Source: Chiloscyllium plagiosum
Lineage: Eukaryota
Length of the DNA: 64,000 nt
Direction of reading: 5' to 3'
Assembly (NCBI RefSeq): GCF_004010195.1
Contig: NC_057719.1
Span: forward strand, 80,577,868 to 80,641,867
The notes below the pieces were generated by a model that saw nothing but the letters and a program-made list of their open reading frames with translations, was not told the origin of the DNA and made no database searches. Made by a program: the position numbers and the translations under genes. Positions 13,096 through 25,420 of the stretch are shown piece after piece. The stretch's first letter is position 1, and the number at the start of each line of letters is the position of its first letter.

Positions 13096-15634
13096 GCTGG
13101 GATAGAGAAGAGGTTTAGTCCCTCAGGGAATCAAGGGATATGGAGTGATGCCAATGGTCAGCCGTGCTGAAATGGGATGGCAGAGGCGCGATGGGCTGAA
13201 TGGCTTATTCCTGCCCCTATTTTCCTGTGTTTTTGTGCTAAAGGGATGAAATGTTTTACACAGAGGCCAAATGCTGTACTCCAAACGTTAGCTTTGTTTA
13301 TTATTAATGAGGTGCTTAAGATATCTGCCCATTTGGGATGATTAGGAAGTAGAGAAGTAAATATATCCACAAATAGTCCCATATCGCAAGTAGTAGCTTT
13401 AACTGTGTTGCCTTAAGTTGAGCTTAGTCCCTTGAACATATAAGCCAGAACTGAATAGCAGCTGGTAGAGCGGAGGCAACTTGGTTTTTAACCTCAGGCT
13501 TCCCACTGACATGCAAGGGAATTGAATTCTAAAGCTTTGATGAGTCTTGATCGCTCGTGGGCAAGGAGTGAGTGAAGAGGACTCATTATCAGTGACCTGG
13601 AGGCTTGAGAAAGTTGTGTGGGGTCTCGCCTGGGGGTTTCTGGGGTTCGATGGGGGTGCAGTACATTGCTGGCTGCTGCTACGTGTATAGACAGGATAGC
13701 TGTGTTAGTGGGTGATTCAACTCAAATACTATGACAGTCCTCATTGTTGAGAAATCATCCTGTAGGTTGTCCAGCAGGTTAAGGTCAATGTGAGACTGCA
13801 CCCCTGGAGAACTACTGCGCAAAATGTTCAAAGCTCATAATGGTTGAGTCTTTACCTCAGTAGTTGTCAAGGAAAATAGATTAGGAGTAGACCATTTTGT
13901 TGCCTAAACGTATTCCACTGTTTAATCAGCTTATGGTAGCTCAAACCATTCACCCAACTTAGCTCTGCTTTCCAACAAAAGCTGATCAATCTCAGTCTTC
14001 ACTTCAATTGAGGTCCAGCATCCATAGCATTTAGGGAGAGAGATTTCCATTACCATCTCTGTAAAAAGATATTTCCTGATTTCAGTTCTCAACAAACTAG
14101 CACTAATTCAGTGCGCCTTTGTCTCGATTCCTGCACCAGAGGTTTTTCCAGCAATTACTCTACACATTTGAAACACCTCGATGGAAGACTGGAAAACTTT
14201 CTGGCTGTAACAGGCTGCTCCTTTGTTGAGGTATTTTTAGGTGTTGGAGGTGATTTCCTCGAATCCAGGAGCAGCAGTTACTGGACCTTTGCAGGAAAAA
14301 AAGTCAAAACAACAGCACTTTTAAAAGGGAGAGGGACAGATAAAGGAAGCACATGGTCAGGTCAATGCAGGAGAGAGAGAGAGAGAGCGCGAGAGAAAAG
14401 AACCCACATTGCTAACTGACACAGCAGTGAACCTTCACAGTTACTGCCTTTGCTGTTTGAATTCATGTATCACTGGACATCGGAGCACGTCTGGGAAAAT
14501 TGACAAACAGTAAACTTCACAACTGACCTTGGAAGAACCTGTTTGGGAGAGGTCACAGCACAGCAAGAGATAAGTGAATATTTTAAGCCTGGCCTTACAC
14601 TAAGTCTGCAGTAATGAGTAGAATGGGTTCTTTCTTGATAAATATGTTTTATTGAGATACGTCTCTTGATTAAACGTAAAAATATGAGTCATAAGCATTG
14701 ATTTAACCTGGAGCAGTGTTTTGTAGAGGAATAAAACAGTGCTATTTTCTGGGTCTGTAGTTTGAAATTAGCAAAAGTGGCCTTTAGTAGAGTGATATGC
14801 TGTTCTTGTCGAATGTGGGAGTTTAAGGGGAGTTTATGGGTTACTGAGGATTATATCTACTATAAATGCCATTGGTTGTGAATCCTATCAGATCGAATGG
14901 ACTGGTTGAAAGACAGTTAGAGGCAATGAGGAATTTACAAGATTGAGGGGATGTGATGGATGGCAGTTATTGGAAGGGGGGAAAAGTCGCAGGTACAGCA
15001 ACATAAATGAGTTAACTCCAGCAAAGGTAACAGAGTTAGGCAGTTAGTGCAGGAGTCGTCTTTGGCTATCCCCATTTCAAACAAGTATGCTGTATTGGAA
15101 AATGTAGAGGGTGATGGATTCTCAGGGGAATGTAGCACGAACAGCCAAGTTTCTGGTATTGAGACTGGCTCTAATGCAATGAGAGGTACGTCAAGTTCCA
15201 AGAGAGCGATTGTGTTAAAGTACTGTCTAATCCGAGGCACAAACAGACATTTCTGTGGCCAGCAGAGAAAAAGCAGAATGGTGTGTTGTTTCCCTGGTGC
15301 CAGGATCAAGGATGCCTCAGACAGGGTGCAGAATGTTCTCAAGGGGGAGAGGGGCCAGCAGGAGGTCATTGTCACATTGAAACCAACGATATAGGAAGGG
15401 AAAAGATTGAGATTCTGAAGGGAGATTACAGAGTGTTAGACAGCAATTTAAAAAGCAGGTCCTCGAGAGTAATAATATCTGGATTATTCCTGCGAGCTAG
15501 TGAGGATAGGAATAGGAGGATAGAGTAGCTGAATGCATGTCTGAGGAGCTGGTGTGTAGGAGAAGGATTCACATTTTTGGATCATTCGAATCTGTTTTGG
15601 GGTAGAAGTGACCTGTACGAGAAGAACTGATTGC

Positions 15635-15763
15635 CACTATAAATGCCGGAGGAAACACCACAGAAGCGCTTCACAGGAGGCTCCCAAGCACTGAGGATGT
15701 CACCTAGACAGGGGACGAAACGTCTGCAACACAAATTCCCAGCTCGGCGAACAGAACCACAAC
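15635..15763 (+). mobile_element. Penelope-like short insertion (family A) nested in CR1 ORF1
   Basis: Perfect 13-bp TSD aagaactgattgc (15622-15634, 15764-15776). Confidence 0.85.
15688..15727 (+). ncRNA. Minimal type I hammerhead ribozyme motif (family A)
   Basis: GCA / CUGAGGA / U / stem II GUCACCU-AGAC-AGGGGAC / GAAAC-GUC / UGC; all core nucleotides present, stem I GCA:UGC, palindromic ACGU as stem III. Confidence 0.75.
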
Positions 15764-15974
15764 AAGAACTGATTGCACCTGAATTGGAAGGGGACTAATA
15801 TACTGGCAGGGAGATTTGCTAGAGCTGCTTGGGAGGATTTAAACTAGTAAGTTTGGGGTTGGGACCCAGAGAGATAGTGAGGAAAGAGATCGATCTGAGA
15901 CAGTTGAGAACAGAAGCAAGTCAAACCGTCAGAGCAGGCAGGGACAAAGCAGAGAACAAGATAGGACTGATAAA

Positions 15975-18765
15975 TTAAATTGCATTTATTTCAATGCAAG
16001 AGGTCTAACAGGGAAGGCAGATGAACTCAGGGCATGGTTAGGAACATGGGACTGGGATATCATAGCAATTACAGAAACATGGCTCAGGGATGGGCAGGAC
16101 TGGCAGCTTAATGTTCCAGGATACAAATGCTACAGGAAGGACAGAAAAGGAGGCAAGATAGGAGGGGGACTGCAATTTTTGATAAGGAATAGCATTACAG
16201 CTGTGCTGAGGGAGGATGTTCCCGGAAATCCTACCAGGGAAGTTATTTGGGTGGAACTGAGAAATAAGAAAGGGATGATCACCTTTTTGGGATTGTATTA
16301 TAGACCCCCTAATAGTCAGAGGGAAATTGGGAAACAAATTTGTAAGGAGATCTCAGTTATCTGTAAGAATAATAGGGTGGTTATGGTAGGGGATTTTAAC
16401 TTTCCAAACATAGACTGGGACTGCCATAGTGTTAAGGGTTTAGATGGAGAGGAATTTGTTAAGTGTGTACAAGAAAACTTTCTGATTCAGTATGTGGATG
16501 TATCTACTAGAGAAGGTGCAAAACCTGACCTACTCTTGGGAAATAAGGCAGGGCAGGTGACTGAGGTGGTCAGTGGGGAAGCACTTTGGGGCCAGTGACC
16601 ATAATTCTATTAGTTTTAAAATAATGATGGAAGAGGATAGACCAGATCTAAAAGTTGAAGTTCTAAATTGGAGAAAGGCTAATTCTGATGGTATTAGGCA
16701 AGACCTTTCAAAAGCTGATTGGAGGCAGATGTTCGCAGGTAAAGGGATGGCTGGAAAATGGGAAGCCTTCAGAAATAAGATAATGAGAGTCCTGAGAAAG
16801 AATATTCCTGTCAGAGTGAAATGAAAGGCTAGTAACTATTGGGAATGCTGGATGACTAAAGAAATTGAAGGTTTGGTTAAGAAAAAGAAGGAAGCATATG
16901 TAAGGTATAGACAGGATAGATCGTGTGAATCCTTAGGAGAGTATAAAGGCAGTAGGAGTATACTTAAGAGGGAGATCAGGAGGGCAAAAGAGGGGACATG
17001 AGATAGCTTTGGCAAATAGAATTAAGGAGAATCCAAAGAGTTTTTACAAATACATTAAGGACAAAAGGGTAACTAGGGAGAGAATAGGGCACCTCAGAGA
17101 TCAGCAAGGAGGCCTTTGTGTGGGGCTGCAAAAAATGGGGGAGATACTAAATGAGTATTTTGCATCAGTATTTACTGTGGAGAAGATCATGGAAGAAATG
17201 GAATGCAGGGAAATAGATGGTGACATCTTAAAAAATGTCCATATTACAGCGGAGGAAGTCCTGGATGTCTTGAAACCATAAAAGTGGATAAATCCCCAGG
17301 ACCTGATCAGGTGTACCCTAGAACTCTGTGGGAAGCTAGAGAAGTGATTGCTGGGCCTCTTACTGAGATATTGGTAACATCGATAGTCACAGGTGAGGTG
17401 CCGGAAGACTGGAGGTTGGCTCACGTGGTGCCACTGTTTAAGAAGGGTGGTAAAGACAAGCCAGGGAACTATAGACCAGTGAGCTGACGTCGGTGATGGG
17501 CAAGATGTTGGAGGGAATCCTGAGGGACAGGATGTACTTGCATTTGAAAAGGCAAGGACTGATTAGGGATAGTCAACATGGCTTTGTGCGTGGGAACTCA
17601 TGTCTTGCAAACTTGATTGAGTTTTTTGAAGAAGTAACAAAGAGGATTGATGAGGGCAGAACGTTGAATGTTATCTATATGGACTTAAGCAAGGCATTCG
17701 ACAAGGTTCCCCATGGGAGACTGATTAGCAAGGTTAAATCTCATGGAAAACAGGGAGAACTAACCATTTGGATACAGAACTGGCTCAAAGGTAGAAGACA
17801 GAGGGTGGTGGTGGAGGGTTGTTTTTCAGACTGGAGGCCTGTGACCAGTAGAGTGCCACAAGGATCGGTGCTGGGTCCACTACTTTTCATCATTTATACA
17901 AATGATTTGGATGTGAGCGTAGGAGGCATGGTTTGCAAATGACACCAAAATTGGAGGTGTAGTGGACAGCGAAGAAGGTTACCTCAGATTACAAGGGGAT
18001 CTTGACCAGATGGGCCAATGGGCTGAAAAGTGGCAGATGGAGTTTAATTTAGATAAATGCGAGGTGCTGCATTTTGGGAAAGCAAATCTTAGCAGGACTA
18101 AGACACTTAATGGTAAAGTCCTAGAGAGTGTTGCTGAACAAAAGACCTTGGAATGCAGGTTTATAGCTCCTTGAAAGTGGAGTTGCAGTTAGATAGGATA
18201 GTGAAGAAGGCATTTGGTATGCTTTTCTTTATTGATCAGAGTATTGAGTAAATGGGAAGTCATGTTGTGGCTGTACAGGACATTGGTTAGGCCACTGTTG
18301 GAATATTGCATGCAGTTCTGGTCTCCTCCCTATCAGAAAGATGTTGTGAAACTTGAAAGGGTTCAGAAAAGATTTACAAGGATGTTGCCAGGGTTGGAGG
18401 ATTTGAGCTATAGGGAGAAGTTGACTAGACCAGGGCTGTTTTCCCTGGAGCATCGGAGGCTGAGGGGTGACCTTATAAAGGTTTATAAAATAATGAGGGG
18501 CATGGATGAGATAAATATACAAAGTCTTTTCCCTGGGATTGGGGAGTCCAGAACTAGAGGGCATAGGTTTAGAGTGAGAGGGGAAAGATATAAAAGAGAC
18601 CTAAGAGGCAACTTTTTCATGCAGAGGGTGGTACGTGTATGGAATGAACTGCCAGAGGAAGTGGTAGAGACCGGTGCAATTGCAACATTTAAGAGGCATT
18701 TGGATGGGTATATGAATAGGAAGGGTTTGGAGGGATATGGGCCGGGTTCTGGCAGGTGGGACTAG
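15975..18765 (+). pseudogene. CR1 ORF2 remnant (APE endonuclease plus reverse transcriptase)
   Basis: YFNARGL, AITETWL, YYRPP, GDFNFP, SDHN (endonuclease); [33 protein letters not shown] (RT); broken by several frameshifts and stops. Confidence 0.92.
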
Positions 18766-20545
18766 ATTGGGTTGGGATATCTGGTCAGCATGGACAAGTT
18801 GGACCGAAGGGTCTGTTTCCATGCTGTTCATCTCTATGACTATGACCTCAATCAGATTACACCTCAATATACCGGGAAACTCTTGAGACCCTCGCTACAG
18901 GAGGGCACAGGTTCGGAGAAAGGGAAAAGCAACATTTCAGAATCGAATAAGAATGAGATTTTGTTTCCCATTGCTGTTCTTTTCTGTTGTGGCATGCATT
19001 AACTGCTTGTGTTTTTTTTTAAATATCAATATCACAAAGTATTTATCTTTCACGCTGCATCTCAGTTAATGACTGCAGAGAGTGACACCACAAGTCTTCG
19101 CCACAATAGAGGATGATTCAGCCATTGTCGTGAGCAACAATAGTTTTGTCAATTTGTGCACAGTGTGGTTTTACAAATCAATCAGTTAAACAGATAATCT
19201 GTTTTTGGATGTTGGCTGACTACTTTTGTATTGTGCAAAGCAAAAAAAAAATCGAATGCCAGTAAATCAAATATCCTCGACAAAGCTTGCCATGTAAGAA
19301 CATGGGTCTTCTGTAGGCTGCCTGTGGATTTCCACTGAAGCTGTTTTTCAGTGATGTGCTCCACAATTTGATGAGGAGCTCTGTAATCCCTTTCTGTGCA
19401 GAGTATCTGCAATGGCAGTCTTTGTTGTCCCACTATTTGAGAGGAAGGTTTGTTCCTGCCGGAAATTAAAAACTGAAAATACTGGAGAAACTCGGCAGAT
19501 CTGGTAGCATTCTGTGCAGAGAGAAACATAATTAGCGTTGTGAATCCAAAGATGTGTCCTCAGTTCCATTTGGTTTGTTGTACTTCATCCAAATGTTATG
19601 CCCCATTCGCCACGTCTGAGGGCAGCTCCACGTAGAGCTTCAGTATCTGATTGGTCAAGTTGGTCTGGATTGACATGTCCGTTTGTTGCACTTGTAATGA
19701 TATGAATCATTGTCTGTGGAGACTGCATATTTGTGGTGTTGGCTGACTGACGGATATTTTAAAAAATAAGGAAATGTAGGAACAGGAGTAGGTCACTCAG
19801 TCCCTGGAGTCCAATCAGTTCAATCGTGGCTGACCCGTACTTCAACTCCATTTACCTGCCTGTGCTCCATTCTCCGTGAAGTTCAGACTTTACGAAAATG
19901 TATTTACCAACTGCTGTAGGCTTCAAGCATCCACGGCCTTTTAAGGAAGCAAATTTCAGAGTTATGTAAGCCTTTTTGTGAAGACCAGGTCAAGAAATGG
20001 TTTGAAAGATTTGTTTTAAGGTGAATGTGTACTACAGAAAATGGTGATTGACTGAAAAAGAAATTCTCCAGAACTAAAAAGGACAGTTCTTAACTCTTCA
20101 CATATTCTTATGTTTCTGCTCATGTATGCTGCTTCAGCTTTCCGACAGAAGTTCACAACCAATAAGCAAGCTTGTAAAATATTTATATGATTTTGCCACA
20201 GGCCTGGAGTGAAAGCTTTGAGGATTTAGGATATAACAAGAAACAAGGAAATGTCAAAATGAGAAGGAGCCATCAAATTCTGCGAAAGCCTAGATTCCTT
20301 TCTGGAATTTTCTGCACGCTGCACGTGCTCAGAGTGCACAGGGTAAAAATATCCTGGCAAGCCTGAGGCCTTCAAATAAAACCTTTTTAATGAAGGTGCT
20401 AAAAGACACAGAATGAAATGGACTCATCTAATTGTGTTACTATGAAATGCATGGTTTTTTTTTTAAAAAGCCCTTACTTTGGAAATTGATTACTGTTATT
20501 TAGATTAGTTATGCAAATAAAAATTGACAAATCTACTCACCAATA

Positions 20546-20764
20546 CAGGTATCCCCTGCTTTTCGAACGTTCGCTTTACGTAATTTCACTTTTACAAAAG
20601 ACGTAAATTAGTACCTGTTTTTGCGAATCCAAAGAAGGTTTTTGGTTTTGTGAAAAACGGCGATACTTGTTCCCATATAAATCATACACCTTCGCTCTGC
20701 GCCATTTTCGGCTTATGAAAGGTTTCCTAAGAAAGCTGTAGATTCGGATAGTGGGGGCTACCTG
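20546..20764. mobile_element. Tigger-like MITE
   Basis: TIRs caggtatcccctgcttttcgaa vs caggtagcccccactatccgaa; TA at 20544-20545 and 20765-20766. Confidence 0.75.
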
Positions 20765-20862
20765 TACTGGGCACACCAATAAGCTGCATAGTCACCAACT
20801 GTCACATGAAGGGCAAAATCCTAACACAAAATTTGATCAAGGTAACCTATCTTAAAATAGAA

Positions 20863-20998
20863 ATGACTTGGAGATGCCGGTGTTGGACTGAGGTGTACAA
20901 AGTTACAAATAACAATACCAGGTTATAGTCCAACAGGTTTAATTGGAAGCACTAGCCACAACCACCTGATAAAGGAGCGGCGCTCCGAAAGCTAGTGC
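20863..20998. mobile_element. Penelope-like short insertion (family C), inverted pair, with mutated hammerhead
   Basis: Minus-strand tail (20863-20956) fused to plus-strand cac-ctgataa-a-ggagc-ggc-gctcc-gaaagcta-gtg (20963-20997); G8 has changed to A. Confidence 0.75.
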
Positions 20999-21277
20999 CT
21001 AGGTTCGAATCCCACTGCAGCAGATGGTAGAATTTGAATTTGATAAAACTCTGGAATTAAGAGTCTAATGATGGCCACAACTCCATTGTTGGAAATGCCC
21101 ATCTGGCTCAGTCATGTCCTTTTAGGGAAGAAAACTGCCATCCTTATCTGGTCTGGCATACACATGACTCCAGACCCACAACAATGTGGTTTACTCAACT
21201 GCCCTCTGGGCAATTAGGGATGGGCAATAAATGCTGGTCCAGCCAGGGACATCCACATCCCGTGAATGAATATAAAA
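20998..21277 (+). mobile_element. tRNA-derived SINE, family 2 (5' head missing)
   Basis: B box ggttcgaatccc, body matching 26867-27312, tail gggcaattagggatgggcaataaatgctgg...tgaatgaat. Confidence 0.85.
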
Positions 21278-21284
21278 GGGCTGT

Positions 21285-21520
21285 AAGCAGCTACTTTGGC
21301 ACAACAAGATGCCATTGACAGGAATGTAATCATGACCAGATGATCACTTTTTCAGTGATGTTGGTGGAAGCATAGATATTGTTCAGGATACTGGGTTAAA
21401 ACCCCTCTGTTTGTTCTGTATATTGCTGTGGAATTTTTTTATGTTGACTGGAGAAGGCAGATAAAGCCTCCGATTAACATCTGCTAAAGAGAAAGGACAC
21501 TAATGTAAACACTGGAGCTG
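21285..21520 (-). mobile_element. Degraded DeuSINE-type remnant
   Basis: atgaccagatgatcac...gtgatgttggt...aggcagataaagcctccgattaacatct resembles the Deu domain. Confidence 0.45.
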
Positions 21521-22690
21521 ATGCTTTCTGTTTTATAAGTAATATGGTCATGTACATGCTTCTTGTCTTTATTAGCATGGCTGGAGCTATGTTTAACTGA
21601 CTGTACTGCTCGCTCCTTAATGAGGTTCTCTGCAAGAGAAAAGTCACTGCAGGTTTATCGTTTGGTCTTTCTGCGTCTGATTTCTCAAAATCTGTGCGCC
21701 AGCAGTTTTTTTTCTAAACCGGCGCTCCTTTTGATTTTCACTTTGGAGTGGAAGGTCAGGGATGGAAAACTCTGTCATCACTGGTCTCCTCAGCTTTCAG
21801 ACTGGCAAAGCCTGGACTTTAAAAATTGCAAGCCTTGGTATATGCTATTATTTTCCATCATGTATTTCCTATGTTGTGACCCAGACTACATCCTGTATAT
21901 CCCAATATTTACAGTAATATGTATTGTATGTACAGGCACGTATCCATATACCCAATCGTTCCACACAATGTGCCCTGTATATAACCCACCATTACAAGTG
22001 TATGCAGCAAGCCATGCCCGTAATATGTTAACATTCCTGCAAACTTGACTGGGGATGCTTTACTAGGTTAAAGCTGCTTTATGCTCAACCAGGGGGAGGA
22101 TGTGAGTTATGTATACCTGGAATAATGAGGACAGCAGAAGCCTCACATACAGGGTCAAGGGTACATTCTTATGGTCCCCTCCGTATATTCTGTCTTTACC
22201 TGCTATGCATGGCCTGAATCCTCTGTATACCCCGGTCGAAGCAGACATATATTGTCTATATAATTCATTAATTCACAGTGTGATGTATAGATAGCCAAAG
22301 TGCTTTCTTGCATTACAGTCACCAAATTCAGAATGTGCCACGCTGTCATTTATTATTTAAGCTACATGTCGCCAGTGTATGTGCTCCATATATTCCAAAG
22401 CTCTTGAGGGTCTATTATCTGCTTCCTCAGTGCTCGCTATATTCGTCAGCTCCTGATTGGATGCACAAATGTTTCCAACGTATCAATATTTTCGCATTTT
22501 AATACAGTGCTCTACACTCCATTTCCGCAAACTTTCCTTTAACGATCAGTGACTGGGGCATTGATGGAAATGTCTGGTGTCTACATGGAGGCATCAACTT
22601 ACAATATGTATAAATCTTTAACTCTGAAATGATTCAGCCTTGCAGCTCCCACCACTGTGTGCCAGGAATCATTCCAGCAATAGGTTAGTC

Positions 22691-22998
22691 CAGAGGTGGG
22701 AAACCTTTTCATGTTTGTTAGTTGTAATCTAATAAGGCCGCATCCAAGAAACTTCAATTATATATTCTTCAAAATTCACATTTTTTTAAATTGTGGCGGT
22801 CAGTCTGTGAGGATGATTTCATTGAATTTTCTTTTACTCTCTGGTATTTTAAATACATTCATTTTAAGATTAAAATAAAAATGATAAAGGACGAAAAAAA
22901 CCATATTAATAAAAAGTAAAAGATTTGTTCTGAAAAATTTGGATTCATTCAAAAGGCCACACACAATGGCCTAGAGCGCTGCAGGTTCCCCACCCCTG
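22691..22998. mobile_element. hAT (Charlie-like) MITE
   Basis: TIRs cagaggtgggaaacct vs caggggtggggaacct; flanks ggttagtc / gtagtc look like an eroded 8-bp TSD. Confidence 0.7.
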
Positions 22999-23247
22999 GT
23001 AGTCATTTATTAGAAGTAAGCTCATGACTGAGTCAAACTCTAAACCTGGATCCAAGTCGAGGGTTAGGTAACAGTGCACTATGTGTATTTATGCAGTGCC
23101 TTGCATGTGGTAAAGTATCACTGGATGTTTCACAGGAATGTTGAGTTAACGATTGATAACAATTAAGAGGAGATATTATACAGTTGTGGGTGGTTCTAAA
23201 AGGATACGAGGGATGAAGAGAGTTTGGGGAAGAAACACCTCAGCTCA

Positions 23248-23550
23248 GGGTGACACAGTGGCGCAGTGGTTAGCACTGCTGCCTCACAGTACCAGGGTCC
23301 CAGGTTCAATTCCAGCCTTGGGTGACTGTCTGTGTGGAGTTTGCACATTCTCCCCGTGTCTGCGTGGGTTTCCCCTGGGTGCTCCGATTTCCTCTCACAA
23401 TCCAAAGATGTGCAGGTCAGGTGAATGGGCCATGCTAAATTGCTCATAGTCAGAGGGAAATGGGTCTGGGTGGGTTACTCTTCAGGGGGTCAGTGTGGAC
23501 TGGTTGGGCCGAAGGGCCTGTTTCCACGCTGTAGGGAATCTGATCTAATC
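23248..23550 (+). mobile_element. HE1-like V-SINE
   Basis: A/B boxes, V-domain and tail. Confidence 0.9.
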
Positions 23551-24002
23551 AGGATCCAGAGGGGTGAAGGAACAAGTACCCTGTCTTTCCTCCTGTGATC
23601 TACATCATGGAGCTTTTTTTAAAATTGTTGAACAGAAATGAGACTAGCTTTTAAACAGCACGTTTTCTCATTCTCAAACTAACAGTGGGAGAAGGCAACC
23701 TAATTAAGGAGCGACATAAAAACATCACCCTGAATGTGACCTTGTGCAGAATCCACCATTTGAATCACAGAAAGCAATGAATCTGTTCAGTGCTAGCACC
23801 TCCTGTTTACTGCTGTTTATAAATCCTCTCTCCCAGCTCACCAAGGTTGCCTTTTTGATACTGATTAAATTTCTTCAAAAAACGGACCAAATAAATAATA
23901 AACACAGGGGGACAGGACTTGAAGGTAATGAGGATGTGAGAAACCGTAAGAACGTGAATCAAAAGTCACGTTCTCAGAGCACCCGTACATTCCCAACAAA
24001 AT

Positions 24003-24277
24003 GTCATAGAGCCATTAAGCTGTACAGCACAGAAACAGACTCTTCGGTCCAACTTGTCCCTGCCAACCAGGTATACTTAAATAAATCTAGTCACATTTGC
24101 CAGCACTTGGCCCATATCCCTCTAAACCCTTCCTATCCATATACCCATCCAGATGCCTTTTAAATGTTGTAATTGTACCAACCTCCACCACATCCTCTGG
24201 CAGCTCATTCCATACACGTACTACCCTCTGCGTGAAGAAGTTGCCCCTTAGGTCTCTTTTAAATCTTCCTCCTCTCA
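24003..24277 (-). mobile_element. CR1 (HER1-like) 3' fragment
   Basis: Minus-strand RDLRGNFFTQRVVRVWNELP...KRHLDGYM, nearly identical to the end of 14183-18844. Confidence 0.9.
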
Positions 24278-24774
24278 CAGCTTTGGTTTGCAGGCTGTCA
24301 GACCAGCCAATTTTCTCGCAGCAAGATCCCAACATTGGCAAATGCAATTAAGACGCCTTGATGAGTATTTGAAGCTTTGGGTTGAGTAGTAAAATGTCGG
24401 TTCGGGAGAATTCCTTGTTCTTAGCAAGAGTCCGGGAAGTGCACTAGAATGGTACCATACAAAGGCTAGTGATTCCTTGCATTTAGAACAATTTAATTTG
24501 TTGAATGGAATTGCAACATCATGTAATCTTGCATAGATTCCATAGATCTGTAATCAGGGAAGGCAAACTGATGCCATTTTTCATGCCTGTTTTTCTTGGC
24601 CATAACTTCTGCTGGATTGTCATTCAGGCAGGAAGGTGCCAATAGAGTTGCTAGTCGCAGTTCAATAGGAAGTAGACCAACAGGAGGCTGGAAGAACACA
24701 GCAATCCAGGCAGCTTCAGGAGGCAGAGACATCAACGTTTTGGATGTAACCCACTTTGAAGCAGTTCAATAGCA

Positions 24775-25420
24775 AGCACTCTCGCCCCTGGGTTCCATGG
24801 CTGAATTCAAGTCTCACTCTAGAATCTTCAGTACAGAAGCGAGGTCCTCATTTCAATTTGCCTGTACTGAGGGAGCAGTGCAAACTTGGAGGAGCAGAGT
24901 TTTGAAATGAAATGTTAGGCTTCAGATTTGTCCACTCTCTCAGTTGACATAAAGGATCCAGGAGCTGTACTCCGAAGGAGAGCAGGGAAGTTTTCTCCAG
25001 CGGCTTAGCTGATATTTATCCTTCAACGAGCTTCACCAAGAAATGTGTTCTGGCTGTTATCCGTTTGACATTAGTATGTAAATGCTGTGTAAATTGCTAG
25101 TTGCATGTCCTGTACAGTATGAGTTGGGGAATTTGCAATGCAGAGTGATGCCAGCAGAGTGGGTTCAGTTTCTGCTCCCACTGAGGTTACCATGAAGAAC
25201 TCTCCTCCTCAATCTCTCCCCTCACCTGAGGTGTGGTGACCTTCAGGTCAAACCACCACTGGTCGTCTCTCTTCAAAGAGGGAACAGCTCTGTGGCTGGT
25301 CAGACTATGGTGACTAGATCTTTATTGCATCCATGATTACAATTCAAAAGTACTTTGTTGTCTGAGAAGTAATTGGGATATCCTGAGGCCTTGAGAGACA
25401 TTCTGTAAACCCAGTCCTCC
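24775..25420 (+). mobile_element. Degraded DeuSINE-type element with a nested SINE (about 25120-25320)
   Basis: gtactgagggagcagtgc...gacataaaggatcc...gagcagggaagttttctcc...gatatttatccttcaac; nested unit tgcagagtgatgccagcagagtgggttc recurs near 52600. Confidence 0.5.

Larger units (their letters stand above)
14777..15850 (+). pseudogene. CR1 ORF1 remnant (Cys-rich N-terminus plus SGNH-esterase-like domain)
   Basis: VICCSCRMWEF N-terminus; AIPISNKYAVL; IVL...LIRGT...VCCFPGARIKD; has stops, frameshifts and a 129-bp insertion. Confidence 0.8.
14183..18844 (+). mobile_element. Full-length decayed CR1 (HER1-like) LINE
   Basis: 5' UTR, ORF1, ORF2 and (ctatga)n tail; 8-bp TSD acctcgat/acctcaat (14175-14182, 18845-18852). 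Confidence 0.92.

Noticed and set aside
21563..22048. 161-aa ORF
   Set aside because: Non-ATG start, no recognisable domain, and composition typical of non-coding DNA.
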